Part shown: piece by piece, positions 32,239-42,516 of the stretch
Numbering within the stretch: the first letter of the stretch is position 1
Layout of the letters: the number at the start of each line of letters is the position of its first letter
Origin: Paraspadella gotoi
Taxonomy: Eukaryota > Animalia > Chaetognatha
Assembly: GCA_051294375.1 (NCBI GenBank)
Contig: CM119269.1
Location: 460,272 to 524,271, forward strand
Direction: 5' to 3'
DNA length: 64,000 nucleotides
The notes under the pieces: model-generated
Told to the model about the DNA's origin: nothing
The model's database searches: none
What the model saw: the letters and a program-made list of their open reading frames with translations, nothing else
Program-made: the position numbers and the translations under genes

Positions 32239-35200
32239 TTAATTTCTGAAAGCGGGTGATTCTCCCGTCGCCGCTTTGAGTCGTCGTCTGTGGTAGACGA
32301 GGTTTTGCCCGGATACCGTGACTTTGAAGTGATTTCCATCACGTTCCACGATCTCGTGCGGCCCGGTGTATATCGTCCGTATTTTGTTTCCTGATGGGGC
32401 AGCGCCTGTGCGTATCAGGTCTCTCCTTACGTATACGAGATCGCCGACCTTGAGGCGCTTTGGGTCGCGCATTCTATTTCCCCGTCGCGTTGCCTTGAAT
32501 CTGCCAAATCGCTGTTCCGCTATGCGCTGGTGGGCGGCGTCGCGGGTGTCGGCTCGTTCTTTCGCGAAGTCCGCGAGGGAGAGATAAGTTTTTTCTTCTG
32601 GCGTTTCGACAATTCTTGGCCTGTTTCCAAATTGAAGCTCGTGCGGGCTCATGTCGGTTTTCCAGCCAGTTATCGGCGTTGCATTTAGCGCTAGCATTAG
32701 GTGTGCTATTTCTTTTAGCCATCCGTTTGGGTTATCGTTTAGCGCCTTTCTCAGGGTTTGTCGAATTCGTCCAATATCTCTTTCTGCGCGGTTACTGTTT
32801 TTTCTTGATACTAGGATTCGCCTTCCACTCATGTCGAGGAGTTCGAGGATACTGCGCATCTCTTCGCCGTTTAGCGAGGTGGCGCCGTCGAAATTTATCT
32901 CTAGGTAACTTCCGTGGAGGAGAAAAATATTTTTGTCTAAGGCGGCGATGATATGGGCGGCGTCGGCTCGCTTGATCGGCATCGCCCATGTGTAAGCGGA
33001 GGCGTTGTCCGCTGCCACGAGGACATGTTGGAAACCTCCGCTCGGCGGGAGGTGCATGACGTCAATGGATAAGGATTCCCACGGGGTCATGGCGTAAGTG
33101 GGTCCCGGTTCGGTCTCGTTGAAGTGCATCTCGTCAGTTGCTCGTCGGCAGGTGTCGCACTCCAGGACCACGGAAGTGCATGCTCCATATAGTCCTGGGG
33201 CTGCAATGTAGATGGCTGAGAGATAGGCCGTTCGATCGCGTCCTGGGTGGCCCAGCTTTTCGTGGAGGCGTCGAACTATCTCTTTGAGGTTTTTTTGTGG
33301 AATAATGTGTCTAGTTGTTCTGTTTATTCCGCGAAATCCTACGATGAACAGCATACCATCTTGTGCGACTCGTAAGTCCTCGGCGTTCTTTGCGAGGAAG
33401 ATTTGCATCGGGTTTAGCGTTTTTGCCTGGGTTGACCGGAAATGGGCCCTGAGGGTTTCGGCGTCGTGATGGCCGATGATATGTGCGGCAGCCTTTACGT
33501 CTTCGTCTTGTTCTTGCCATTCTCTCACGTCTTCCCGTAGCGGGAGTAGGCGTGGCTCGCGCGTGTGTGGTTGAGACATTTCCTCGTCTAGCTCTTGTTC
33601 GGTGACGTCGATCGATGCTTCGATGGCTGAGTCGCCGATTAGTTCGCGTTCTTGGTTTTCAGGTTGCTGCTGGCTTTCGGCATTTGGTGCTGCATCTCCG
33701 CCGACGTATATCGGTGGTCTTGGAGTCTCGTTGTTGAAATTTGTTGTTACTGTGTCGGCCGGGAGATCTCGTGGGTGGATTGTATTTATTTTCTGCGTTG
33801 GAGGGCGACCGCGTCGTCCGGGTCTGCCCCCCTCCCTCCTTAAATCCTCACTGGTTAGGACGACAAGGTCTGTCGGCGTTTCACTATCCGCTGGTGGCGC
33901 CGCGAGTCTCTCGTGAGTGTCGGAGTGGGCTGGAGAGGCGGGTGGTCTCGCATATCCTTCCACGGGTGGCGAGGGTGTTGGCGACGGTGGTCTGGTGGCG
34001 TTCCTCTGTTCCGGTGGGGAGGGGAGGGGGGTCGTTGGGCGGCCTGCTTGTTTTATTTGTGCTGGTCTTTGTGTGCCTACTGTGACTGTGTCTGCGGGCA
34101 GTGATGCTCTTGGCCGGCTGGTCTGTGTTTCAGGGTTTGGTCTGCGCCCCCGGTTTCGTCTTTCTCTCTCGGCGCTAAGGACGAGGTCGCCGAGAGTTAT
34201 GTTTGTGACTTGGATTCTTTCTGCGTCTGCGATTGTGGGTCTCAGTGTGGCTTCGTTTTCCGTGTCGCTGATTAGAGAAGCTTGGCCTGTTGTCGATCTG
34301 AAAATCTTGACTTTTCTGTTTTCTTGTTTTCCATAGGTTCTTTCAAATTTGCACCCTGTCGGGGTCGCGAACTCCTCCTCAAGCATGATGATGCAGAGAC
34401 CTGTCATCTCGGCGAGGAGCTCGAGCTCTGGGTGGCCTAGATTCCAGTCTTTTGCCGAGATTGCTCTGATAAAGGTTTCTGCGTTTTTTGTTTTTGGCTG
34501 TCCGTAGTTCCTTCTGATATTTTCTTTTCGTTTTTCGAACTTTTCTCTCACGAATTTGAAGAAATTTGATCTGAATGGTTTTTCATCGATTTTCAAAATT
34601 TCAGCGATTATGGCGAGTGTTGGCGCGCCTCCCGTTCTCAATTTGAGATGGCCGGGCCAGGTTTCTCCAGTGATGGGATTTTCGGTGAAACCCGGCTCGT
34701 AGCTCCCGTCAACGTCGAAGCCGGCGGGGAGAAAGGGGGTGTCTAGGGGCGTTATTTGCCCCTGTTCGGTAAATCGAGTTAAAAAGTCAGCGGGATTTTG
34801 TTCGCTTTTTACGAGGATGATCTCGGTTGGGTGGCATTCCTGCTTTATCTCGGTTATCCAGCGTAGCACATTTGTCGGTAGGAGTTGCTGCTTGTCGTGT
34901 TGAAGGTCCATGATACGCTTGAAGTATTGAGAATCTGTTACCAAGGATACTCTTCGTCCGCAGATGTAGCCTTTGAACTTTCTTATCATCATGTTGAAAG
35001 CCAGCGTTTCGAGGAGATTTATGTGTTTGATCCTGTACTCCTCGGGGAACGATTTCGAGTGGAAGCAGAGTGGGTACTCCACGCCTTCGGCAGTGGCTGT
35101 TATCAGCCCGCCCATGGCGCTCGTGCTGGCGTCCGCGTATATTTTGTAATCGCCGTTTTTTATCCTTGCGTCGTTTAAAAAATTTAAGCCCGGAGTTGAC

Positions 35201-38200
35201 TTTATTTCTTCGACCAGAGTTCGTAGGGCTTTCTTGTGTGTTTCTTCAAAGCGGAAATCAGCCTTGTCAACTAACGTCAGTGCGTGCAGAGGCTGCGCCA
35301 AGTAGGAGAAACGATGGGTGAAGCAGCGGTAGTAGTTCAGAGAGGCCAGGAGAGCTCTGAGATCTTTCTGCGTTTTCATTTCCCGCAGTTTCACTTCTAC
35401 TTGTTCCAGTTTTTCTTGTTGGGGTCGCAGTTTGTCCCGGGAGATGCTGAAGCCCAGTATCTTGATGTCGTCCTTGCGGAGAAGGACGCTTTTTGTCCAT
35501 TTGAGAACGACGTTTTCCCTTCGACATATCTCCAGGAATTCTCTGAGCCGCTGAGCCATCTCCTCGGGCGACTTTGCTGTTAGGATTAGGTCGTCAACGT
35601 AAATAAGAAAGCTTTTTACGTCTCTTCCTAGGTCGGCAAAGATTTCGTCGAGGATTGCTTGGAGCACGTTTATGCTATTCACGCCTCCCATTGGCAGCTT
35701 ATTCATTTTCCAATTGTGGCCGGCGCCGGCGAAAGCTGTTACAGGTTTGCAGTGATCTGTCAGATTTACTTGGTGAAAGCAAGCCAAGATGTCGACGGAG
35801 CATTGGAGCTCGTGTGGTTTATATTCTTCGAGTATGGAGGCTATCGTCTGGGGTTCTGTCGCGAAGGTTGATATGTTGTTATTTACGGCCGAGAGATCGC
35901 AGATAAGGCGCCATTGTTTGGCGAATGTCTCGTCGTCCATCTTATCTTGATTTTCGGCGATGTGGTTTGGCTTTTTTATGAGAAAAGCGTTTGAGTAAGC
36001 TTCGCCTGATGTTCTTGAGACGACTCCGGCCTTTTCGTAAACCTCGAGATATCTTTTTAAAGCCGCTTTCTTTACCGGCCCTTGGTTTACGAATCTAGGT
36101 TTTGGCAGGTTTTCTTTTGTGAAACCAAGATCGACCTTGTAGTTTAGGAATCCTTCCTTACAGTCGTTTATCGTCTCTCCAAAAACATCTCTAAATTCCC
36201 AGACTACCTCCCAGACTATCTTTGCTTTGTCGACTAGGGAGTTGTCTACTTCTTTGAATGGTCGGAGAAATTCTTCTTTTCCTCTATCGTCATGTTTCTT
36301 TCTTCGCCTTTCTCTGGCAAGGCGTGCTGCTTCCAGTTCGGCATCGGAAGGGGTATGGTGTACGATCGTTGTTGGTGGAATGTTTTCTTTTCTGACTTTT
36401 CTGAGTCTTGGGGAATCGCCAGATAAATCCGCTTGGACTGGTCTTGCCGTAAGGCTTGTGGTGAGGCCTAGTTCGTCCTTCGCTTCCTCTGTTATGATCG
36501 GCCTCGCTTCTCCCCAAAACCCAGGTCTTCCGGGTAATTCGATGCCATGACGGAGGTCATCTCCTGTTGCAGAGCAGGTTGTGCTGCTGTCGGAAGATTC
36601 GATTATCCATTTTGCCTCTGCTAGAGATTTCCAATATGTTTTTGCTGCTCTTACGAGAGTCCTTCCGTTTTCATCTTTTTCAGCGTATAACGGGATCTGC
36701 GTCTCTTCGTCGATGCAGCGGTGAGCGAGCCATCTCGCGGCTTTCAACGCTGCCTGCTTGTCTTTGAAGAGGTGTGTTATGGGCTTTCCTGCCATCCGCG
36801 CAATTTGCATCCCTTTTGTTTGTGCTGGCGCCACCACCCACATTTCATTTGCGGGTCCCGGGTCTGTAGTGGTTGTTCCTATTATGATGTCCTTGTCTTG
36901 TTCATCCGGAGACACAAAGAAAATGGTGTCGAGTATCCAGTTTTGGAACATCACTCTGAGGTTTAACCTTTCTCTGATGATCACTACGCCATTTCCGGTC
37001 GTGACGCGCACTGGCGTTCCTGAATAGATTTTTCTGTGTAGTGACCATTCATCCACGAATTTCTTTGGGATCGTATTGATTGAGGCGCCGGTGTCGTAGA
37101 GACAGCTTGCAGGTGCGCCACCTACAACCGCTGGTATATAACTATTTCCTGCGGCGGCCACGCCTCTGTGGGTGTCGTCACGTGGTTGCGGAGGAGTTTC
37201 GTCGGTGGCCACATTCCATCCCAAACCCGTTGGCAACGGCGGAGGAGCTAGTTCGCCCTTTTCATTTTCGGGAGTTGGGCGTGGCATGGTGAAGATTTCG
37301 GGCTGGTGGCATTCAATTTCAACTCGCCTGATCGTAGCTTCATGCATCGATTCGCCTTCGTGGGTTCCGATTACAGAGTAAGTGGGGTTGTAGATTAACC
37401 TCCTCCCTTTCGCTGGTATCTGTCTTAGTCTATTCCACTTTGGCTTGTTCTGTACGGGTGCTCCTTCGGCATTGGTTTCCTTTTTGGCAGATTCGGCTGT
37501 CTTTTCCTGCTCATCCTGATTTTGGCTTTTTTTCTCTGCCCTATTTATCGCTTTTCTGCATAGTTTTTCACAGATTTTCAACCTTTTTGTTTGGGCTTCT
37601 CTTTCATCTGCTTCAAGGTGTCGCCATCTGCTCGACGTTTCCGTCAACATTGACATGGTAAGGATGCAACTGTCTTTGGCGTCCAAGGGTTTGAACAACT
37701 TGTGTAATCTACTCGCCGCCGATTTTCCCTTGAAAGACATTGCGATATCAGTGAACTCGGATAATCTCTTTGAGGGGCGGATGGGCTTATATTTTTCGGC
37801 CATAACCTTTATTTTGTTTGCCACTCTCTGGGCTAGCTTTGTTTTTTCAGGCTTACTGCTCGTTTTCTCTTGTTGAAAAGGTTTTGAGTAATTTTCTGAT
37901 TCTTTATTTTCATCTTCAAACAGGCTTTCATGATCAAAATCATCGTATCTACAATCTCTACGTTTTACATCAAATTTGTTGTATTTGTTTTCACGGAAAC
38001 GGCCTCTCCCATTCCAGCGTCCACGGTTTTCTTGTTCGCGGCGGTAGCCTCTGTTTCCTCCCGAGTTTCCTCCGCCTCGTTGTTCGCGTCCGCGCCATCT
38101 CGAGTCGTTCGCTGGGGCTTGGGTGGCTCCTTTCTTCAGGTCGTTTACCGACTTGACGAGCTTCTCTAACAATTCCCTCTGGTTGTTATTTTCCTGCAGC

Positions 38201-39519
38201 ATTGTTCCTTGGTAAAGGGCGTTGGCGCTCTCTACTGGGTTTTTGTCCTCGAGGCCCTTTTTTAGCAACGAATCAGTCAGGAGTTGTCGATCGTCTTCCT
38301 TCACGGTGTTTATGAATCTGCGAGCGCGCGCAGCTTCTTCTCGTCTGTCGACGTAGCCTCGCAGGAGCCACTCAATACGGTTTCCAAGTTCGCGACGCTT
38401 CCCTTCCGCTACGAGGCGTCTGAATTCCATGGCTTCGGATGTTATCCCTGGGGAGTATGGTTCCAGGGCCTTGGTGAGGAGTCGTGCAACGTGTCTTGCG
38501 ATGGAGGGGCGTTCGTCCTCTGCAACACGGTCGAATTTCCTGTAGACGGTGTTGACGAGCGCCAGTCCGCTTTCGGCGTGCTCTTCTGGGTCGATCGTGA
38601 CTATGATTTTATCGGCGACTTCTGCGGCGCCGATGGATGTTCTTTCACACATCTCTACGAGGCCGCGCCACAGGCTGCCGTCTATTGGGTCGATGTAGAC
38701 GCTGGCCTCTTCATCTCGGGCCAGCAGGGCTTGGAGTTGCTCGTTTACCTTTTCTTCATCGAAATCGCAGGCTCTTAGGGTTTTGTAGATGGCTCTCAAA
38801 AAATTTCGCGGTTTTTCATCGTTTCGGCGGCGATCTAGTTTGATCGTTGGCGTTATCACCGTGGCGGCGTTTTCGGCGCCTGCCTCCCCATGCCGGCCAT
38901 TTGGGTCCGCGGTTTCTGGTGCTGATGGTGCTGGTCGACGTGGTTCGGGGTGTTCGGAGTATCCGGGTGGCGCCGCTGGTTGCGTGTTTCGTTGGCGAGA
39001 GTTTTCGATCATTGTTTCGAGGCGGTTGAAGCGCTCATTGAAACCTGCAACGATGTCCGCCGTCCTGATTGCCGAGTTGACGGCCTGTTCCACTCGTCCC
39101 TGGAGTTGCTTCACGTCGTTTGAAAGCGCGGTGACGTTTCTGACTGCATCGTTTACCAGCCAGAGTGTGTCCCGGGTTACCTTCGCGTTGGTTTCCCAGT
39201 TGAAGGCTGGTTTACCACCGTTTAGGACTTTGTTTATATTTTCGGAGAGGCCGATGACGAGATTTTCCGACTCCGCCAGGTTGTTCGTCGACACTGCGCG
39301 ACGCGGGGTTCCACCGGCGGCGCCCCTTTCCGATTCGCTGCGGGGTCTTTCACCGATGTGAAATCTGTCGAGTTCCTCCGCGACGTCATCGACTACTTCC
39401 GCGCCGGGTTTTGGCGGTAGGTCGTCGGGGTTCAGTAAGCCAGTTGGCCTGTTTAGGTCGCTATTTGGAATGTTTCTTCTCTCGTCTTTTTTGTCGTCGG
39501 CGTGTTTCTTTCCGAACAT
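32239..39519 (-). CDS. gag-pol: Single-ORF Gag-Pol polyprotein (2426 aa): Gag, protease, RT, RNase H, extra insert, integrase
   Basis: Protease LYDTGAS; RT WRLICDL, LPMG, YVDD; RNase H ADAS..E..TDS..ADFLTR; integrase HEKLGH..CDTC, SIDVM, FDGA, RAER, GPY/F-like YTGPHEI; PR-RT-RH-IN order; intact ORF. Confidence 0.97.
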   Translation of the reverse strand: MFGKKHADDKKDERRNIPNSDLNRPTGLLNPDDLPPKPGAEVVDDVAEELDRFHIGERPRSESERGAAGGTPRRAVSTNNLAESENLVIGLSENINKVLNGGKPAFNWETNAKVTRDTLWLVNDAVRNVTALSNDVKQLQGRVEQAVNSAIRTADIVAGFNERFNRLETMIENSRQRNTQPAAPPGYSEHPEPRRPAPSAPETADPNGRHGEAGAENAATVITPTIKLDRRRNDEKPRNFLRAIYKTLRACDFDEEKVNEQLQALLARDEEASVYIDPIDGSLWRGLVEMCERTSIGAAEVADKIIVTIDPEEHAESGLALVNTVYRKFDRVAEDERPSIARHVARLLTKALEPYSPGITSEAMEFRRLVAEGKRRELGNRIEWLLRGYVDRREEAARARRFINTVKEDDRQLLTDSLLKKGLEDKNPVESANALYQGTMLQENNNQRELLEKLVKSVNDLKKGATQAPANDSRWRGREQRGGGNSGGNRGYRREQENRGRWNGRGRFRENKYNKFDVKRRDCRYDDFDHESLFEDENKESENYSKPFQQEKTSSKPEKTKLAQRVANKIKVMAEKYKPIRPSKRLSEFTDIAMSFKGKSAASRLHKLFKPLDAKDSCILTMSMLTETSSRWRHLEADEREAQTKRLKICEKLCRKAINRAEKKSQNQDEQEKTAESAKKETNAEGAPVQNKPKWNRLRQIPAKGRRLIYNPTYSVIGTHEGESMHEATIRRVEIECHQPEIFTMPRPTPENEKGELAPPPLPTGLGWNVATDETPPQPRDDTHRGVAAAGNSYIPAVVGGAPASCLYDTGASINTIPKKFVDEWSLHRKIYSGTPVRVTTGNGVVIIRERLNLRVMFQNWILDTIFFVSPDEQDKDIIIGTTTTDPGPANEMWVVAPAQTKGMQIARMAGKPITHLFKDKQAALKAARWLAHRCIDEETQIPLYAEKDENGRTLVRAAKTYWKSLAEAKWIIESSDSSTTCSATGDDLRHGIELPGRPGFWGEARPIITEEAKDELGLTTSLTARPVQADLSGDSPRLRKVRKENIPPTTIVHHTPSDAELEAARLARERRRKKHDDRGKEEFLRPFKEVDNSLVDKAKIVWEVVWEFRDVFGETINDCKEGFLNYKVDLGFTKENLPKPRFVNQGPVKKAALKRYLEVYEKAGVVSRTSGEAYSNAFLIKKPNHIAENQDKMDDETFAKQWRLICDLSAVNNNISTFATEPQTIASILEEYKPHELQCSVDILACFHQVNLTDHCKPVTAFAGAGHNWKMNKLPMGGVNSINVLQAILDEIFADLGRDVKSFLIYVDDLILTAKSPEEMAQRLREFLEICRRENVVLKWTKSVLLRKDDIKILGFSISRDKLRPQQEKLEQVEVKLREMKTQKDLRALLASLNYYRCFTHRFSYLAQPLHALTLVDKADFRFEETHKKALRTLVEEIKSTPGLNFLNDARIKNGDYKIYADASTSAMGGLITATAEGVEYPLCFHSKSFPEEYRIKHINLLETLAFNMMIRKFKGYICGRRVSLVTDSQYFKRIMDLQHDKQQLLPTNVLRWITEIKQECHPTEIILVKSEQNPADFLTRFTEQGQITPLDTPFLPAGFDVDGSYEPGFTENPITGETWPGHLKLRTGGAPTLAIIAEILKIDEKPFRSNFFKFVREKFEKRKENIRRNYGQPKTKNAETFIRAISAKDWNLGHPELELLAEMTGLCIIMLEEEFATPTGCKFERTYGKQENRKVKIFRSTTGQASLISDTENEATLRPTIADAERIQVTNITLGDLVLSAERERRNRGRRPNPETQTSRPRASLPADTVTVGTQRPAQIKQAGRPTTPLPSPPEQRNATRPPSPTPSPPVEGYARPPASPAHSDTHERLAAPPADSETPTDLVVLTSEDLRREGGRPGRRGRPPTQKINTIHPRDLPADTVTTNFNNETPRPPIYVGGDAAPNAESQQQPENQERELIGDSAIEASIDVTEQELDEEMSQPHTREPRLLPLREDVREWQEQDEDVKAAAHIIGHHDAETLRAHFRSTQAKTLNPMQIFLAKNAEDLRVAQDGMLFIVGFRGINRTTRHIIPQKNLKEIVRRLHEKLGHPGRDRTAYLSAIYIAAPGLYGACTSVVLECDTCRRATDEMHFNETEPGPTYAMTPWESLSIDVMHLPPSGGFQHVLVAADNASAYTWAMPIKRADAAHIIAALDKNIFLLHGSYLEINFDGATSLNGEEMRSILELLDMSGRRILVSRKNSNRAERDIGRIRQTLRKALNDNPNGWLKEIAHLMLALNATPITGWKTDMSPHELQFGNRPRIVETPEEKTYLSLADFAKERADTRDAAHQRIAEQRFGRFKATRRGNRMRDPKRLKVGDLVYVRRDLIRTGAAPSGNKIRTIYTGPHEIVERDGNHFKVTVSGQNLVYHRRRLKAATGESPAFRN

Positions 39520-39630
39520 CTTGACCGCGTTAGAAACGGTAGAAAGTTATTTTTCTTTTATTTAACGCAACTTGACGAAAACACGTTATGGTAGCGTGTC
39601 GTGGTTCTTTTCGGAGGTAGTGGGGCTGAT

Positions 39631-39648
39631 GATCTTTGTCTGCCACCA
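39631..39648 (-). promoter_or_regulatory. Primer-binding site, tRNA-Leu-like
   Basis: TGGTGGCAG directly follows the 5' LTR and is complementary to the tRNA-Leu 3' end CUGCCACCA (9 nt only). Confidence 0.7.
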
Positions 39649-40068
39649 CAATAACGTGATGTCAAATGTGGTCAGATAATATTCGATAATATATTTCGAT
39701 ATATTTCACAGCAAATATTGGATACAGAAACGAGACGTTGATCCTAGAACGGTGAGAACAAGAGTGAGACTCAAAGCACGCTAAGTCTTTACACAAAGGA
39801 AATCGAATTCTCATTCACAATTTCTTCTGTTCACTTATTCAAATGTTTATTGGCTCACCCGACCTTTCCTCCGGCTCTCATTGGTCGGGTGAGTTCATGG
39901 GTAAGTCATTGGTAAGTTCCTCGATCCTCTCTCTCTCTCCTCCTGCCGCTTCGCCGCTCCCTGCTGTCCTTCTGTTGTTCTCCCGCCTTTGGCGTTTGGG
40001 CGAGGCTTCCCCTTTCTCCTCTCTCTGCATCACGAGGTCTCGTGTTCCTTCCAGGCTCCACGTTGATG
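39649..40068 (-). repeat. 5' LTR (copy C)
   Basis: Near-identical to copies A and B; adjacent to the PBS. Confidence 0.95.
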
Positions 40069-40175
40069 ACATTTTCACTATATTTAACAAGTGTAGAAAG
40101 AATTTTATTAATGATCTATTTGTCAAAAAACACTGTACTCAAAGAATAGTTTTTTTTCTACTATTTAATTAATTA
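40069..40175 (+). mobile_element. Right part (3' end) of the LINE fragment interrupted by the LTR element
   Basis: Removing the element and one ACAT restores the in-frame ...FFGYQDI-FTIFNKCRKNFINDL. Confidence 0.8.
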
Positions 40176-40544
40176 TTCTATTTTTTTGGGGGGGTTTCTA
40201 GACCTAGTCCTGATTGATGTTAATGACTGAATCAACCATGTTGAATTCGAAATAAAATGCATATTTTAGTTTGATTTAAAATTAAATTTGTTATTAAGTT
40301 TAATAATTAGGTTTAAGGTGAGTAATAAAGTTTAGGTTAAGGATTAGAATTAGAGATTAGAGTTAAAGTTGGATTAAAGTTTTTGTTTTAAATTAGAGTT
40401 AGTGATAGATTAGGTTTTGGAAATAGGTTTAAAAATTAAATAAAATATTTTTTCAATTATGTTTTAATATTAAATTTAAGAACAGAAATGAGGCGCTTTT
40501 TAAAAATAATGCATTATTATTTTTTTTTTTTTTTAACTTTTAAT

Positions 40545-40858
40545 TTCCGTTGATCTAAAAAAGAATCGATTGCTACGGGATGGAACCAAGACCCAATAAG
40601 TGAGACGCAATGACCAGTGCGAATCGCCAAGGCGTTCCTGTCAGCCAAGGGAACAATCTCCTATGCGCCAAATTGCAGTCAATCCATACAGAGAAGAAAC
40701 GAAGCAATGAAGGCAAATGGACGAGAACAGAATCCCGCCGATAATTTGAAATATTTTTACTTTAGATGTCAGAAAATCAATTGTCAATTTTATGTCTGAT
40801 CCGCTGTCAAACAAGTTTAACAAGACGTTAAGACCAATAAAATGGCTGACAAATCCAT
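40545..40858 (-). CDS. Probable first coding exon of the XK-related gene (needs indel correction)
   Basis: MDLSAILLVLTS-LNLFDSGSDIKLTIDF resembles the XK N-terminal DxxSD helix, followed by hydrophobic helices and SHLLGLG. Confidence 0.5.
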
Positions 40859-41798
40859 TTTTGATTTAAAAAAAAAGAAATGGTTCTTTGACGAAGAGAT
40901 GACGTCAATGTTTGGCTTTTTTAGAGTTTCATCAGCGATGTTAGGATGGGATAGAAATAAAAAAATTGATAAAAAAAAAAATACAAAGCAGTTTCTATTC
41001 ATTAATAAATATTTTGGTATTATTTCTGCAAATATTCCTGATGAATATTGACCATATCATGGCATGAAGGCATGGAGATTGGAGAAGGCATGGATACAAA
41101 ACATGAAACATGAGCGAAAGTGAATTGGTGAATGGTTATCACAATCAAGACAAAATAAGAATCTATTTAAAGATATAAACCCCCAAAAAAATCGAAATGA
41201 GCCAACTCTACTCTTAATTTTAAAATGTGATTGAATTAAATAGATTATTTTTCTTTCGGTTTTGTTCTTCTGAAAAAGAAAATGTTTTAGTTTTTTCCTC
41301 ATTCCTTCCAAAAACAAAAAAATAAAACTTCGGAACGAATGGAAAGAAAATTGAATTTTCTCTGAGTCAATGTATATATGGAAAAGAAGATCCTTTTTTG
41401 GGTTTCAGATCTAAATATATATTTTGATTTAATGAAAAACAAAATATTATACAAAACAGGGTCTATTTTTAAAAACTAAAAATTAATTATCACGTTTAAA
41501 CATGAACTGATTCTTTTTATACAATTCTAGAGGAAAGGAAAGAATTTTTGAAAATCTTTGAGTGGAATCCTAATCTGTGATTCATTCAAGTGCGATGTCG
41601 CCGGAGGTTCACGCAGAGTCGCCGGTGTGGTAATTGGTTGGCGACTTCGCCAGGGCCCCCGCGGTGTCTCCAGTACCCTACTGGCGACCAGTATAAAATA
41701 TAAAAGTAGCGAATAAACGAAAGGCGGGAGTGAGAGGAGACGCTCGCGACTGACTTTGAGGCACGGGGATGAACGCCTTCGGCCTCGGCCTCCGTGAC

Positions 41799-42073
41799 CA
41801 GGGGCGGCGAGAGGGGGGTTTCATTCGCCTCAGGCGGAGGGCCCGGGCCCGGGATGGCCCTGAGAAGAGAGATAAAAAGTAGGAAAGAAAGGAGAAAAAA
41901 TGAAGAAAAAAAGAAAAGAAGAAAAAAAAAGAAGAGGAGGCAGAAGTTTGAGCACTGGAACGATTCTCAAAGCAGAAAGTCGGTAATCGAAAACTAAAAA
42001 CTAAAATTATAGAGAGCAGGGAAGGGGCGGCCAGGGAGCCAGTGGGGGGCCCGCCATTTCTCTCGCCGCCCTG
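41799..42073. mobile_element. Possible non-autonomous hAT-like TIR element
   Basis: cagg(g)gcggcgagag at 41799 is inverted at 42060-42073 (ctctcgccgccctg); TSD not recognisable. Confidence 0.4.
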
Positions 42074-42293
42074 ACCCTAAGTCATCCATTCCCCCGGCAT
42101 GCGACATCGAACACCTAACCCAAGACCGGCCCTAATATAGACAAATATTAGAATTTTTTTATATTAAACGACAGCCTTAAACAAAGGAGTCTGACAGCAT
42201 AATTTTTAAAGAAATATGTTGTACAGTGTACACTTATTACATATTAAACCATTATATTTTTAGTTCAAATTCTGTGGCATTTATGTATTTATC

Positions 42294-42499
42294 TATGGTG
42301 GACTAAAATCCACCAACTGTTCGTCAGCGGCCATTGGTGCGGAGGCAAGTCATTAACCCAAAGGTCCGGGTTCTAGCCCGTGGTCGTCTGGCAGTTACAC
42401 GCCTGTAACATGGTGTTACAGCCTGATCCGAAGCTCAGGGACTGCTTATATTGAACGGTTCTGTCACAACACATAATAATAATTACTGTCTCTTCAATC
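42294..42499 (+). mobile_element. tRNA-derived SINE-like repeat
   Basis: A-box-like gggccattgg and B-box-like ggttctagccc; a second copy at 19843-19996. Confidence 0.6.
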
Positions 42500-42516
42500 T
42501 GTATCTTTTGAGCTTA

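Larger units (their letters stand above)
26484..40068 (-). mobile_element. env-bearing Ty3/Gypsy (Metaviridae-like) LTR retroelement; the assembled span includes a duplicated 3' LTR+env across an N-gap
   Basis: LTRs at 39649-40068 (5'), 29359-29764 and 26484-26896 (3'); PBS 39631-39648; TSD ACAT at 26480-26483 and 40069-40072; gag-pol and env ORFs. Confidence 0.95.

Noticed and set aside
32366-39361. Antisense ORFs within gag-pol
   Set aside because: Expected shadows of a long GC-balanced ORF; no independent motifs.
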